A DNA stretch of 64,000 nucleotides from Podarcis vaucheri (lineage: Eukaryota): the NCBI GenBank assembly GCA_965113315.1, contig OZ220365.1. One strand, written 5' to 3'. Position 1 is the first letter of the stretch. Each line of letters starts with the position of its first letter. Under the pieces are notes generated by a model. The model made no database searches. It saw only the letters and a list, made by a program, of their open reading frames with translations, and was not told where the DNA came from. A program made the translations under genes and the position numbers. This document shows positions 49,332 through 62,910 of this stretch, piece after piece.

Positions 49332-49468
49332 CAGGCATAGGCAAACTCAGCCCTCCAGATGTTTTGGGGACTACAACTCCTATCATCCCTAGCTCACAGG
49401 ACCAGTAGTAAGGGATTATGGGAATTGTAGTCCCAAAACATCTGGAGGGCTGAGTTTGCCTATGCCTG
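49332..49468. mobile_element. Palindromic hAT MITE
   Basis: CAGGCATAGGCAAACTCAGCCCTCCAGATGTTTTGGG ... CCCAAAACATCTGGAGGGCTGAGTTTGCCTATGCCTG; 8-bp TSD GTTTAGGC. Confidence 0.93.
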
Positions 49469-49552
49469 GTTTAGGCCAACCGGGAAGCTAACCTTTTCAT
49501 GCCTTAACAAATATTTTCTGAACCTGTGATTCTGCTTTTTAATTTTGTTTAG

Positions 49553-49600
49553 GAGTGCCTCTCTTGATGTTGAACCTATCTACACTTTCAGGGCACACAA
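49553..49600 (+). CDS. STRN: STRN exon 12
   Basis: gtttag|SASLDVEPIYTFRAH|gtaagt. Confidence 0.95.
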
Positions 49601-50892
49601 GTAAGTCAACATTCAGAAACTTCTTTCGTTATCAGAGAATATAGCTGCAGCACTTGACAGAGTTCTCCTTTTATGGGATAAACAGTGTGTTGACTCAGTC
49701 TGTCAAATGGTCATGTGGTTTCTTCTTCTTGTGGCTCAAGCTCAGCTCACCACTCCTCTAGTATGCTAGTGAATTCTTCCTTCCAAAAGGGGTGGGGCTG
49801 GTAAAAGCTGCAGCCTGGCAAGGTGACGGTGCAATCTGAACTGCAGTTCAGCCTCTGGTGAGGCAGATTGCATTAGCCTTCCCTTTTTTTTTTGCTTTTT
49901 TCTCCTTTCGCCTTTCGCTTGTGTGGTGCTAGTGTCCTGTTATGTACCACGCAGAGCACAGATACAACACTTACTTACCAAGAGGGACTTAACTGTCTTC
50001 AGCATGTGAATTGGAGAGGAATGGCCAAAGAGGTTGATAAGTGTGCAGCAGGGATAGGGAAGGGACAATTTAAAAGTGGTTGAAAATAGACTAAAAAGCG
50101 AGGTTATGGCCAGAGCCATCCCACGACAGTGCCCCCCCCCCCGAGGTGGGCTGCTGCCACTTTTCCCCTCCTGAACGATCAGCATGAGCACCACCAGCAC
50201 TTCCAAGGCCATCTCCTCGAAGAGTTCTTCGCAGCGCAAGGCATTGTGTGTGACGTGGCCCTGGAGGGCAGCTTCACTACCCCCGGTGCTTTGTTGCAGT
50301 GTTGGCACATACTGCTTAAATTCTTAATGTTAAACAGTATTTCCTGCTGTTGCAGCAGAGCTGCACTCTCTGAGGCCACCTCACCCACAATGCTTTGCTC
50401 AGAGCGAGATGAAGACCAGCACTCGGGAGGCAACCTATCTAAGTGCTGCTGGCTATTTCCCTGCAGAAGCAAATGCTGTTTTACTTACCACAGCAGCAAG
50501 AGTGAAAGTGGTGCTCTGCAGGTGGATGGCAGCAGTGGCAGATAGTGCCATGGGCTGCTGATGGGGGTGTGATCTGCTGCCAGAGCCCTGTAGCTTATGA
50601 CCTCATTGGCCCCGTTATGGCAGTTCCGTAAATACCTTGTTGAGGGGATCATGTAGAGGAGGAATGCATGCCAGGAGGCAGAAGGAAAAAATGTTTCCTG
50701 TCAATTATGTTGCTCTGAAGGTATACGCCACATTCATTTTCTTCAGTAATGTTTTATTGTGGATTGTTTTATTGGTGTTTTAATGTGTTGTAAACCACTT
50801 TGAGATTTTTTCCCCTTAAAAATATAAAGCAGTATAGAAATGAAAATATTTGAAATAAAACTCCACTAAATCAGTATTGCTTCCTCTTGCAG

Positions 50893-51014
50893 CAGTCCTG
50901 TGCTTTGTGTGGTAATGAGTAATACTGGTGAGCAGTGTTATAGTGGGGGAACTGATGGCCGCATTCAGGGCTGGAATACTACAAACCCAAATATTGACCC
51001 TTATGATTCCTATG
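50893..51014 (+). CDS. STRN: STRN exon 13
   Basis: ttgcag|SPVLCVVMSNTGEQCYSGGTDGRIQGWNTTNPNIDPYDSY|gtaagt; tandem acceptor allows start at 50896. Confidence 0.94.
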
Positions 51015-51447
51015 GTAAGTGTCCCCCCTTTTTTACAGGTTTCTCTTTTAGCGGGGGGCACGGGAGGGAGCACGTTAAAAATGCACAACAGCTTATTGAA
51101 AGCAGTGCAACTGACTATGAAAAAGGGAAAACGGTTCTATTCAGGAACAAAATGCAGCTTGAACCGGGTGAAAGAGAAATGCCTGAAAAGAGATCACACG
51201 GGATAGTTCTGTAATTTGGAAGCAATCTTGGCTTAGGATCCCAGTAATAGGAAAAAAGATATGGAAGAAGGTCATGATGTATTGTTGCTTTGTAGGTAGA
51301 CTGAGTCAGCAGTCAGTGTTGTCAGGAATTCTGCTGTTAAGGAAGGACTAGAGGGTTTGTAAACTGCCATTAGAGCATCTTTACAGCACATACTATTTAT
51401 AAAGAAATCCCATTTCCTTTTGTATTGTGCATTTTTTCATCCCACAG

Positions 51448-51615
51448 ATCCTTCAGTCTTAAGAGGTGCATTTGTAGGCCACACGGATGCAGTGTGGGGC
51501 TTGGTTTACAGTGGAGCACACCAGCGCTTGCTCTCCTGTTCAGCAGATGGCACTATCCGTTTATGGAAAGCTTTGGAGATCTCTCCAGCTCTGAACATAT
51601 TTAATGATAATCAAG
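51448..51615 (+). CDS. STRN: STRN exon 14
   Basis: ccacag|DPSVLRGAFVGHTDAVWGLVYSGAHQRLLSCSADGTIRLW...NDNQ|gtattt. Confidence 0.96.
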
Positions 51616-53039
51616 GTATTTAATAAATCTCCTGGATTGTAACACTATCAAAAGGAACTTCGCTTTTAATTATCCATGCTTCTGTTTATAACCACACTCT
51701 GACATAATTGTGCAATACAGGTAGGTTGATTTTAGTATGCCATTGGGTTTTAGTGGATTCCCAGCATCACTACATTGACTCTTGCTGGGAAAGCGTGAGA
51801 TGAGAATCAAAACCCCACTTGCCGGTTGCATTTGTTTTGAAGGATGTGTGTGTTGCAGAATCTCACAAATGTTTTTTTTTTTTATAAAGTAGCCACTGTT
51901 AATAGAACATGTTGATTGCTATATTTGGGGCATTATAATGAGAGATTCATTTTTTAAGCAATAACGCAATAGTAAGTTACATAGCAAACCACTATATTTG
52001 AATCTTGCTGTTTTCCTCCCGAGGCAATACATTAGAAGTTTAAAAATGGAAAAAATATACAACTATTATTGTAGCACGCACACTGGACAGCACTGAACAC
52101 TTCTTCATCATAGATTCTAGGTTCATGTTTAAGAAATATTTTGGCTTCAGGGAAAGCCTGGACAAAAAAACAAGGCTTCACAAGATGTCTGAAACAGTTG
52201 GCAACTGCTTTGCATATGGAAGAATGAAAGGCATTCCATAGTCAGGGGCAATATGAGAAAATGCCTGATTTGCGTTGGTCAGAATCCATTCACTCGTTGG
52301 GTATGATCTCATTCAGTGACAAGAGCATAGCATTCTGGGAGGCAGGCATCTCCTCTCTCTGTTTTTCTCTCCTGCCAATGGAAAATGCCTGTTTCCATTC
52401 AGGTCACCGCCCTATGATGTGTGGTGCATAGTTTACCAGATTCCATGAGAGATTCTGCTAGATGACATGGGCCTTGCAGCAGAGCTGCTATAGCCTAGAC
52501 CCAAGCTTTCCAAACTGTGTGTCAAACACGTTAGCATGTCGGCTGCGATGTGTTGCGTGAATGTTCCCCATGCTCCTCCCAGTGGGTGAAAAGTTTCCAA
52601 AGCTCTGACCTAGACTCTCTTTCTTGTCTACCTAGAGCCCTTCTGCCTTCCTTTCTGAACCTTTGTACTTGCCCACCCAATATTAATCCATAAGACATTT
52701 GTGATGCATTAGTCAGTATACTAGCTCTTGCTCCTCTGCTCCTCTTGGGCATGGTGGGTGCACTGCACATCTCAGGTTACAGCAGGTCCTGATACCTATG
52801 TAAATGTAACGGGTTTGAGGATTGATTGGCTCATTACTGAAACAGAGTTCTAATAGTCCAACATTCACACATCTTTTTGGACACTTGAGAAACCATATTT
52901 CTTGCTTTTACCAACTTGGCTGGAAAATTTGAAATGACTTCTAGATTTGTGCCAAGAAAATGAATTAATGTGGCTGCTTTCAGGTAGTGGCTAATGGACC
53001 AAGCTTCCTATTCTTCCTAACACTCTTCTGCTTTTGTAG

Positions 53040-53180
53040 AGATGGGGATTCCATCTTCTGTGGACATTGTGAGCAGTGACCCAAGCCACATGGTAGCATC
53101 CTTTAATAGTGGCCACACAAGCATATATAACATGGAAACAAGACAACGCATCCTTAACTTGGAGTCCAACGCAGATACTA
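53040..53180 (+). CDS. STRN: STRN exon 15
   Basis: ttgtag|EMGIPSSVDIVSSDPSHMVASFNSGHTSIYNMETRQRILNLESNADT|gtatgt. Confidence 0.95.
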
Positions 53181-53701
53181 GTATGTATCCAAAGGGGTTA
53201 TTTCCATGTGTTTTCATTGTTCGTGTTTATATTGATAAAGTCTGAAACCATCATGCATAGAAGGGAATTAAATGAAGTGTACTTCCATTTAGGATACCGA
53301 TGTTTGCACCTAATCGTCTTTGATGGACTGCTGGCGTCAGTCCACATGGGACTGATAAATCTAGCCATAAATGTACTCTAATACAAACAATTCTGAAATA
53401 ACAAGTATGAGGAAATAGCAGATTAGCTCTCTTATTCTCCCTGACCCTCATCACCCACTTGCCATGCTTCCTTATATGATCCATAGGTATTTTGGACTTC
53501 CTTAAATATTAGGTTTCCACCATCCCCTATGCAACTATATGGTGTTCCTGAATTATACGTAGGTTAGTTTGAGAAGCAGGTTGACAATATATTGAATGAG
53601 CATAGTAAGGTACAAGTAGATTGAGTGGACTGAACATGTTGGGATTTTTGCACCAGATTGGCCTGCTAAATCAGGTCGTTAGTCTTTCCAATAGCTTGTT
53701 T

Positions 53702-54183
53702 CAGAGGTTTTCAACCTTTTTGGGTCCACAGTTTCCTTGACCAACCAAATGCTTTTTTGCAGCACCCCTGTGGAGCTCAGGAGCCCAGTTATGCCACCCC
53801 TTGCCTGCAGAGCCAGCAGCCCCTCACCCTTTTTCGAACACCCTCCCTTGTGGCGTGTCCCCTCAGCCTCCTCTCTGCTCCCTTCTCCTTGGGGCTGTTC
53901 TCTGGGCAGCTGCAGCTGCCACTCCTGGTCTCTGAGCTGCCACCCCGGCCCAAAGAAAGGTGCCTCCTCACACTGCCCCACAGGGGCCTGGGAAGCACCC
54001 CCTGGCCAGCCCCAGGGGCACCTGGGGAGCTTGCAACAAACAGCTGTGCAAACCTTTGGGAGGCAGAGATGCAAGAGGCCATCAGAGAAAGGGAGGGAAG
54101 GAAAGAAGGACAGTGTTGCCTGCGGCACCCCTGATCAGTCAAAGCACCCCAGGGTGCCAGAGCACACTGCTTAAAAACCACTG
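53702..54183. mobile_element. Older hAT MITE
   Basis: CAGAGGTTTTCAA ... TTAAAAACCACTG; degenerate TSD gcttgttt / gcttatgt. Confidence 0.65.
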
Positions 54184-54244
54184 GCTTATGTGAATGAAAT
54201 AATTTTTCTGTGTTGACTGTGTTTGCACTTGTTCATTCCTTTAG

Positions 54245-54352
54245 CAGTCACCTCTTCTTGCCAAATAAACAAAGTAATCAGCCATCCAACTCTTCCAATT
54301 AGTATCACAGCCCATGAGGATAGACACATCAAATTCTATGACAATAACACAG
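54245..54352 (+). CDS. STRN: STRN exon 16
   Basis: ctttag|TVTSSCQINKVISHPTLPISITAHEDRHIKFYDNNT|gtaagc; tandem acceptor allows start at 54248. Confidence 0.95.
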
Positions 54353-54494
54353 GTAAGCATAATTCTTCCCTCAGTAGGCCTAACATAAAAAAACAAAAAT
54401 ATCATGAAATTGTCTGAAGTCCTACCCATTTAGAGAGAAATTTTGAAATTGAGGTTTGAAAGTTCTATGACTTGTAAAACGGATGACAGGAATA

Positions 54495-54730
54495 CAGTGG
54501 TACCTTGGTTTACAACCATAATCCTTCCGGAGGTCCGGTTGTAAACCAAAACAGGTTGTAACCCAAGGCGCGCTTTCGCCAATGGGGCCTCCCCCCCAAA
54601 AAAAAAATTGGTTGTTATATATAAAAAAGGGTTGTAATAAAAAAATGGGTTGTAATCTAAAAAAAGGAACACGCAGTTCCGGGTTTGACATGGTTGTAAT
54701 CCAAAGCGGTTGCAAACCAAGGTACCACTG
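54495..54730. mobile_element. Tigger-like MITE
   Basis: TA|CAGTGGTACCTTGGTTTACAACC ... GGTTGCAAACCAAGGTACCACTG|TA. Confidence 0.9.
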
Positions 54731-56573
54731 TAAAGGCTTATTGGCTGTGCAGAAGGAATTGGTGTGGCTCAGCATTTGAGTTACAGCTTTAACATCCTTC
54801 CCAGCCAATCCTGATGCTTGTCTTTGCTACAGAAAAGTGGATGGTCCACAGGATCATGGAGGGAAATTTATGCACCCCAAATTTCCACACTGCACAAGAT
54901 GGAATTGCTGCCAAAGCTTATAGATGCTTCTGTGTGTTATAGATGCTTGTGTGTGTTTGTCCCCTTCTAAATATCTGAAAGAGGAGCGCTTAGACTTCTT
55001 ACCCTTGTTCTTAAAGCTCCATGTTCTCCATGTTCACCCACAGTGAAGGAAAATATGTAAATCATAACTGTTAGAAAACTTGCAGTCATTTCAATTGGTA
55101 TCTTAATTATGTGCTTAAAACAAAAACACACACAATGCATCATATTCCAAAGCTAGGCACTGTGTTAATGAACTCTGTTATTTAATTCTAGAAATTTTGG
55201 TCCAGGTGTTTCCTGCTTAGTTTGGCAAAGGATCAGTAGGCAGAGTTAATACAAGCAACTTTGTTAAACCTGAGCCACTAGATAACTTCAGCCTTGTGAC
55301 TTGCAAGGTTTGCTTTCAAAAGCTCATATCTAAGCTGCCTAGGAGTTCAGACTCTGTTTTCCGTGAATTGAGCTACCTTTTCTTTGATGTAGCAAACTGA
55401 GCTCAGGGCAGGTTTTGCTTTGCACTTGGAACAACAAAATTGGGGGTACATATGAATGATTAACATACTGTATCAAAGCACTTGTAGAAATCTCTGCTTT
55501 ACCTCTGCATCTCTGCATAATATATGGATATGGCAACTAAGGCAGGATTGGGTCATTGCTTCCATTTTAAAGGGGAACATTGAAGGATTTATTTGCAAGT
55601 ATTGAGCACAAATGATGGGCGGTCGTTATCCATTTTGTATCTGATTATGTGAGAATCCACCCTTCTGCAGTTTACTTCAATTGATAGTAACGTTATTCAG
55701 GATAGGGATTTCTAAGATATGTGCCAGGACACACCACTCTGCTGTGAAAAATGCTGAAGTGTGCCTTGTAAAAACTCACACACTGTGATGGATGCATTCT
55801 ACCTTTTCTCCATCAGATTGGCGTGACCCCATGCATTGTTAGTTCTCCCACCCCCATTACTATATGGACAGTGACATCACAAAAGAGTGAACAAGGGTGC
55901 GCTGGGATGTCGCCTGTACAGGGAACTCCCAGCATCATTACCCTGAAACAACGTGTTCCATCCCTGATTGACTGGGCAAAGTAGGGAAGTGGGATGCAGA
56001 GCAGCAACAATCTGTGTGGCAGCTGTAAGGAAGATGCCTGCTTATTTCCGTGGGAGCTAATGAGTAAAAACCTGTCTAGGTTGTACCTAATGCTGCAGGA
56101 GCAGAGTTCAACTCATTTCCACTCTTGCCCCTAAAATCTGCTGCAGGCCCCTGGAGCTGATTCTGAGGGTGTGCAGGGGGCTGGAAGGGACAAGATAGGA
56201 ACACATGCATGCACAGAAATATGTGCAAGTGGAGCTGCAGTGTTGGGTAGAGCCCTTTGGTATTTTTTTTTAGTGTGAAAGTGAATGTTTCTTTCACTTT
56301 TTTAACTGCGGGAAGGGACCTGAACCAGGTACCAGGTTTGGGAAGCAGAGCTCTAGGAAGTAACCGAGAAAGTGAAAGTGACCAGCACAGAGACACAGTC
56401 AGGTGATCACTTTCCAAAGGGAAGGGGGCTATGCTCATATTCAAAGATCCTCTGTTTCAATGAGAATAGTTGCTACTATGCTTGATATCAGTATCATTTC
56501 CCATAAGTTCTGTTAAAGCTTTGTTAAAGCTCAGACAAGTTGTTGTTTTTTTTTAATTTCTTTAATTTCAAAG

Positions 56574-56660
56574 GAAAATTGATCCATTCCATGGTGGCCC
56601 ACTTGGATGCAGTCACAAGTCTCGCTGTTGATCCTAATGGCTTGTACTTGATGTCCGGCA
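56574..56660 (+). CDS. STRN: STRN exon 17
   Basis: tcaaag|GKLIHSMVAHLDAVTSLAVDPNGLYLMSG|gtaagt. Confidence 0.96.
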
Positions 56661-56749
56661 GTAAGTACATCCCATATCCCCTCTTAATCTACTCTTAATT
56701 AAACGTAACTGCAAATCTAAATGTTTTCCCTCTTCTTTGCCTAACCTAG

Positions 56750-56919
56750 GCCACGACTGTTCAATACGCTTATGGAACCTTGAAAGCAAGACCTGCATTC
56801 AGGAGTTTACGGCTCATCGCAAGAAACACGACGAATCCATTCATGACGTAGCATTCCATCCCTCGAAATGTTATATCGCCAGTGCTGGAGCAGATGCGCT
56901 TGCTAAAGTCTTTGTATGA
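56750..56919 (+). CDS. STRN: STRN exon 18 (last coding exon)
   Basis: acctag|SHDCSIRLWNLESKTCIQEFTAHRKKHDESIHDVAFHPSKCYIASAGADALAKVFV*. Confidence 0.97.
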
Positions 56920-58125
56920 CGCAATATTTCTCTTCCTCTCTAGCTGCCGTGTGTGTATATATATATATACATATATACACAACAAGCTGTACAAATGACA
57001 AGGGCTTCATGCCCTTTAATTCAGTGAATGTTAGCAAATGGTCTAGGGTTATATTTCTTTCTTTTCTTTCAGGGTGCTCTTTTCTAAATTAGGGGGTTCC
57101 TTGGGTTATATGAGCTCAGCTAGTGCTGAGAGCTGGGAAACCCTCTGTTTCCAATGGTCCATACAGAAGAACCGTTTTTATTTTTGAAGGTGTCAGTATT
57201 TGTCCAGGCCGGCCTTGGGCAAAATGAGATCCTCCGTAAACAATATGTGCAGTCCAGTGTGGGCAATAAGGAAGCAGAAAACTCAGTTTCTGTAGGATGT
57301 GGGTAGATAGAAACTTTTCTGCCTGCTTTTTCTCCTCGAGAATATTACCCATGTATTTCTGTAAAATCAGCCTGAATTTGGTGATGTAACTCTTAGAAGT
57401 ATAACATAAATATTATTTCTTCTCCTTGTTTTTTTACGTGTTGTACGGTTCAATGATGTACAGGAGAATAAGGCTTGGTTTTGTCTCAGCCTGCTGGCTG
57501 TTACATTAGGTGGATTGGGTTTAAACATCAAATATTAATGCAGTTTCCCTAAATTGTATTAAAGCAGATATTAACAAATGCTTTAAAATGTATGTTTTAT
57601 TTTAAGCCTTTGAAAGAATTTGTTAACAAGTGACTGGCACCACAGTTTACAACAGGGATGAGGCTTAATTCAGATGTTGATGACTCTTCCATTCATAGCT
57701 GAGCTCAGTAAAATTATGAAACTCTTCCCTTTTCAATAAACAAGAAATGATATCTGTGTTGGCTTTAATAGGCCTTACTGTTGAAATGCATGTTAATGGC
57801 ATCCTAATAATTTTCATTATCTTGAATAAACCTGCTTGGATACCCCTCCCCTCTCCAAATCTTACTCACACACTCATGCATAGAAGTGACCTCTCTGTGA
57901 TTCAGTCTTTGGCTGCTAAGAATAGTGTGTTTATATATCTAGTGAGAGAGTTATTTAATCAACCATGTGGGTGGGGCCTGTCTGGAGGAGATTTTCTGCT
58001 TGGTACTCACCCTTGTAATAGGGTGGTGATTGGCAGGAAAAGGGTGTAGAGTTGGCCAACCTGGTTGCCAAATTCACATCCTCCACAGCAGCAGGAAGCT
58101 GTTTTCATGGGGTGTGGGTGTGTAG

Positions 58126-58205
58126 AGCAGCCTTCACCAATTTGGTGCCCTCCAGATATTTGAACTACAATTCCCAACTGCTCCAGCTGACACAATGGGC
58201 TGGAA
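58126..58205. mobile_element. Decayed hAT MITE fragment in putative 3' UTR
   Basis: gccctccagatatttgaactacaattccca, related to 49332-49468. Confidence 0.6.
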
Positions 58206-59914
58206 TTGGTTTTTGGAAGAATTTGGAATTCATAAAAATATGCCTTCATTTTTTGGGAATAACTACCACACAATCCAGAAAAGAAACCATTTATTCTCTG
58301 TCATTGCATTACCAGCCTTAGGTTTGAACATGTTTTCTGCATTTGGTACTAAAAATATGTGGCATACCTATTTGTAGAAGTTTCCACTCTTGCAGATTCT
58401 GATGTGCAACATGTTTCCCTGTAATGGAATCAAAAAAATTACCAATATATCTCAAACTGTTCAGCCTTCGTTAAACCTCAATTTTGAGTCAAAGCAGAAA
58501 GACCAACTGCATCAAACATACCTATCTATATGTGACTTCTGTGTATGTATCCCTTCTCTCTGTGATCTTATTTTTAAAAGGATATTGCAAAGATTTATTT
58601 AGAAAAATACATAAAGTTGTGTATATTGTGTGTGTACATATATATATAGATATATATATAGAAAGAGAAATTGTAAACAGTATGTATTAAATGTGTCTTA
58701 AGGGAAGATTCTATGGGTAATTTTAATGTTTTAGTATTAAAAATTCTCCAGACTTTGTTGCGTACAAAGGATAAAAGGTATGGTTATTGTGCTTTTTGCT
58801 TAAGCAATATAATACATAGTTGCTGATGTTTAAATTGCTGTACATACAACTAATAGACCAGCATGCTTGTTTTGGAGACTCCCATTTTGATTAAATTATG
58901 AATGTAAGAAAAAAGTTGCTATTCAAATTTGGATTGGAAGTTGTTCAGTCCTGCTTAGTGAATTCCTGATCCAAGTGAAGCAACTTTGAAAACAGGCAAA
59001 TAACTAGAGGCTGAGGTGCCTTTTGACAAACAAAAAATGTAGCCTTACCACGAGGTTGTGGACTCTGTATTTGTGTTCTTCTCTAGACTCTGTCAGTGTC
59101 TGTCAGTCTTCTTTGCTTGTGTACTATAGACTGCATTGTACTGTGCACAAATATTATAACTTCTTCAAGATGCTATCTTCAGTTAGAGATGAAAAAGACC
59201 CTTTCTAACCTTGACTGACCTATTCTGTTTACCTGCAAGTATTGGGTTGCACTACCATTGTGGATTTTATAAGCATTTGGTTAACCTCCAGACCACATTC
59301 TTTCCTTTCCCCTTTTGCCTTTACATGACCCTGTTGCAGCTGGCCAGGTGAGCTGCCTTCATTCGAATGTTAAGATCATGTCCAGTGATATCAAAGTTCT
59401 GCCTGTGGGTTTGATCTCTGAGGAACCGTTGTATATATGCCTGTTATCTGATGCTGTGATTGTTGAGCGGTGAACCTGCATGCATGAGCTTAATTCTAGA
59501 AGAAACTTGTGAACCAACAATGCACAGGTACCTTCTCTGATTTGTTACAAGAACACACCATAGCGTAACTTCCCCTCCCTTTCCTCCTTCCTTTGTAAAC
59601 AAGGGGAGGAAAGTAGAGTCTTAACAAAGCACAATTTTCCACCCACCCACCCACCCCCCGGATATGAGAAACACTGGTTTGTTCAAAACATGGATGCTTT
59701 GCAAGCCAGGATCAGAGCCATATTTGGATGAAACAGTTTGTTATAAATCACAAGCGGATGCTTAAAATATTCCCACACATATGTGGGTGGGTGGGAAGGA
59801 AACAGTGCTTCATCCCAAGGCCCACCCATTGCAGCACATTCTCATAACAACTGCGCATAGTTGATTTTTGTCAGAGTCTTACATGTGTGTGCAAGTGTCT
59901 GGTTAATGTAACCC

Positions 59915-60021
59915 TCCTGAGGTTGGTGGACTACAACTCCCATCATCCCTGACCATTGGCTGGAATTGTTGGGAGTCAGGAGTTCAACAACATCTGGAAG
60001 GCTAGTAGTTGGCCACCCCTG
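59915..60021. mobile_element. Decayed hAT MITE in putative 3' UTR
   Basis: ggactacaactcccatcatccctgaccattgg..caacatctggaaggc..gttggccacccctg. Confidence 0.65.
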
Positions 60022-62821
60022 ATTTAGATACAGTGAAAAATGTAGGAAAATGCTGAAGTTTAAAAACATAAGAAGCCCTACACACAGACAGAAAAGGTAT
60101 GTGGTATAGTCCTTCTGGTTATGTATCTTTTCAGAATGCAAGTAGGAAACTGAATATTTCAGTGTTACCCCACGTAAAGAAACCCTGCAAGTAGAAATAT
60201 TCAAGAATAAGGCTGGACTACAACTCTTCTTGAGACCTAGATTTTCCACAGGCAGGGATGCTGCTCTTATGCTTCGATTGACCTTAAGATCTTTAACCAA
60301 AGCAGAGCTACTTAAGTAATCTCTCCAGTTTCTCCATTAGGATATCCTCATATTGAATTCTCTGTATGGAAGCCTCATACTTACTTTAATTTATACAGAC
60401 ACTATGTATTTCTCTAATTCAGATACAAATGACTTTGAAGTCAAATGTATTAAAGATTGAACAGCTTACCTTCATAGTTGCCATATTAAGACAAATCTTA
60501 CATGGTTTACTTTTAGAGCCTAAGCACCTTTTTGGAACCCTTGCTTAGAAACTGCATTGCAATGAATTTGACAGGTTGTGAGCTTAGAACAGAGTTATCT
60601 CAGAGCTGGGAGCCCAAGCAGCCCCTACAATCCTCGCTCCCTGGCCATGGGAACTCTCCGCAGCTCTCGCTCCTCCTGCTTTGCCTAGCAGGAACATGTG
60701 CTTGAACTCTGATAATGCCTCTTTCTTTTCTGGATGCAGGATGTAGAGGAGGGTGAGGTAAAATTAATCTTTGATGAAATTTACCTTTGTTGCTCCTTCC
60801 ACTTTTATCTCTGGCGTGTTGCTCGGAAGAGCTGCACAAGTTCCCCCGTCCCTGACGTAGAGTATATTCAGTGGAGTGCACCTCCAGGGGTGAAGTCAAA
60901 CCACTGCAATAGCAGGACTGAAGCGACCTCCCTGCCTGGGCTGCCCAGAAAACAAGACACCCCCCTCGGCGTTGCTGATATGGTCCAAAGGAAGACAGAG
61001 CAATACATTTGGCCTAAGCAGTGATGAAAATGTTGGATGATTCAGTAGTCACGGGGGGGGGGGAGAGCAGTTTTAAAAATCAGACTCTTCTGCAGCATAG
61101 TGAATGCCAGAATATTTTAAAAGTTCAATTTCCCCCAATAAGCTTTTAATGCATAGATTGATAAATTCACACTGCAGTTGATCAGAAGATACGCTTTCTG
61201 CTGTTCATGTATTGGATACACACTGAAGTTTACGTAGAACTTAAGTGTTTCAGAATTGCCTTAGGTTCTGATTGGACGAGGTCTGAGAATTCTAACTTTT
61301 TTGCACTCTGTTTGAATGTAGAGATCCTAATTTGATGTGACTTCTGCGGCATATTTGTCCCAGTACTCAGAAAAGTTACACAGCTTTTTGCCAAGTAAAA
61401 CACACCATTGCTTACATGGATAACTTAATGAAAACCAACCAAATTATATAAGGAATAATTGGAGGTTTCAGACTGAACCATTTTTCTTGCTCCTTTTGGA
61501 ACTGGTGTTCCAATATAAGTTGGCTTCTAGGTGGACACCTTCCAAAATATTCCCTGCGATAGTCAGATGACCATGATAAACACAGATTTTAGTGCCACAG
61601 CATCTGTGCCATTTTATATAAAGTACAGGACAGCTTTTGAAACCAGACAAAATACGTAACATCTTGTAACTGGGCAGCCCAAATTAACTGAAAGGGTCTC
61701 TTGTACTGTGTTCTTGGCTTTCTGAAACTCTGCAAGCTTAAAACACAGATTGACAACAATATTTCACAGTAATGTGCACTGGGCAGGTTTACCAATAGCA
61801 GTTCTTTTGAAGGGAAAGGAAACTATATTAGAATACTTTGTCTTACTGACTAAACTTATTGCGGAGGTGGGTTAGATCTGCATGTTGCTCCATGCAACTC
61901 TGGAGCCAACACATTGTATTTTAGACTGAAAACTTGTATTAATCTTTGTTTTATATATTGCGAGATCATCTCCATTTCTTTTAATAATCTAGTTTGTATT
62001 TTCCGCATGTTGGCCAGCTGTTTTCTTTTTATACATGCCTGCATGCTAGATGTTAGCAAAATTACTAGGCCACCACTGGCTTTTGTTCTCCTGCAGTAGT
62101 TTTTCCTACTCTTCCAAACACTAAAGAAACTTGAATTTAATTTTTTTTTATTTTTACTGCTTGTTCTTTAAACACTTGTCCCATTCTCATCTTTAAAGTA
62201 AAGGCTGCTGATGGTAGCCTGGAAGTGCAAGGTGTGTTCTTCATTCCTGACAAGGTAACTGTACCTTGCTTCCATTGCTTAAATACAGTTGAACTTAAAT
62301 CGGAACCAATTTTGAAAAGGGATGTGGAAACCTAACGTAAGTAGCCATCCTTCTGCACTTGCATAGTGTTTTATTTCAAGGGAATGTTCCAACTGGTTAC
62401 TAGGGATCATAACATTTGACGCTTTTATCATGTTGGGAATAGCAGCAAGATAGATGTGTATATGGGAATAGCTGAAATATGAATAGGCTACAGAATGCAT
62501 GTGTGGAGTGGATTAAATTAGGACCAGTGTGAGGTGTGTACTATCCATTTTCTGATGCATGAATGGTCAGTTGCACCACAGAGTATGGCTGGTTGCTTAG
62601 TCTAGTCAATCTTTCCAAGAACAGTCATGCTCACCTGTCCTCGTGGTTTCTGTCTTTATCATGGGTAATAAATTGCATATTGTTCATAGATGAACCGAGA
62701 ATAGTTCCTGTAGTAAAAGATGGAGGGATGCTCCTCAACGAGCATGTGACAGTACTCCTTGGTTAAATACAATCAGCCTTTTTGCTTGTATACAGAATAG
62801 TCATTTTGGTGGAAAACCTCT

Positions 62822-62910
62822 ACAGTGCAATCGTATGCATGCATACTCAGAGGTAAGCCCCACTGCGCTCAAAGGGGCTTACTCCCAAGTCAGTAAATAT
62901 AGGATTGATA
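62822..62910. repeat. Short palindromic dispersed repeat (other copies near 10870-10960 and 34000-34080)
   Basis: gtaagcccc..ggggcttac hairpin flanked by caatc..atgcat / taggattg. Confidence 0.55.

Larger units (their letters stand above)
7113..56919 (+). other. STRN: Striatin gene span (18 coding exons, 2403 nt CDS incl. stop, 800 aa; STRIPAK scaffold / PP2A B''' subunit)
   Basis: Exons join in frame with GT-AG introns; N-term MDEQAGPGVFFSNN, coiled coil, CaM-binding region, C-terminal WD40 repeats ending ALAKVFV match striatin. Confidence 0.97.
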
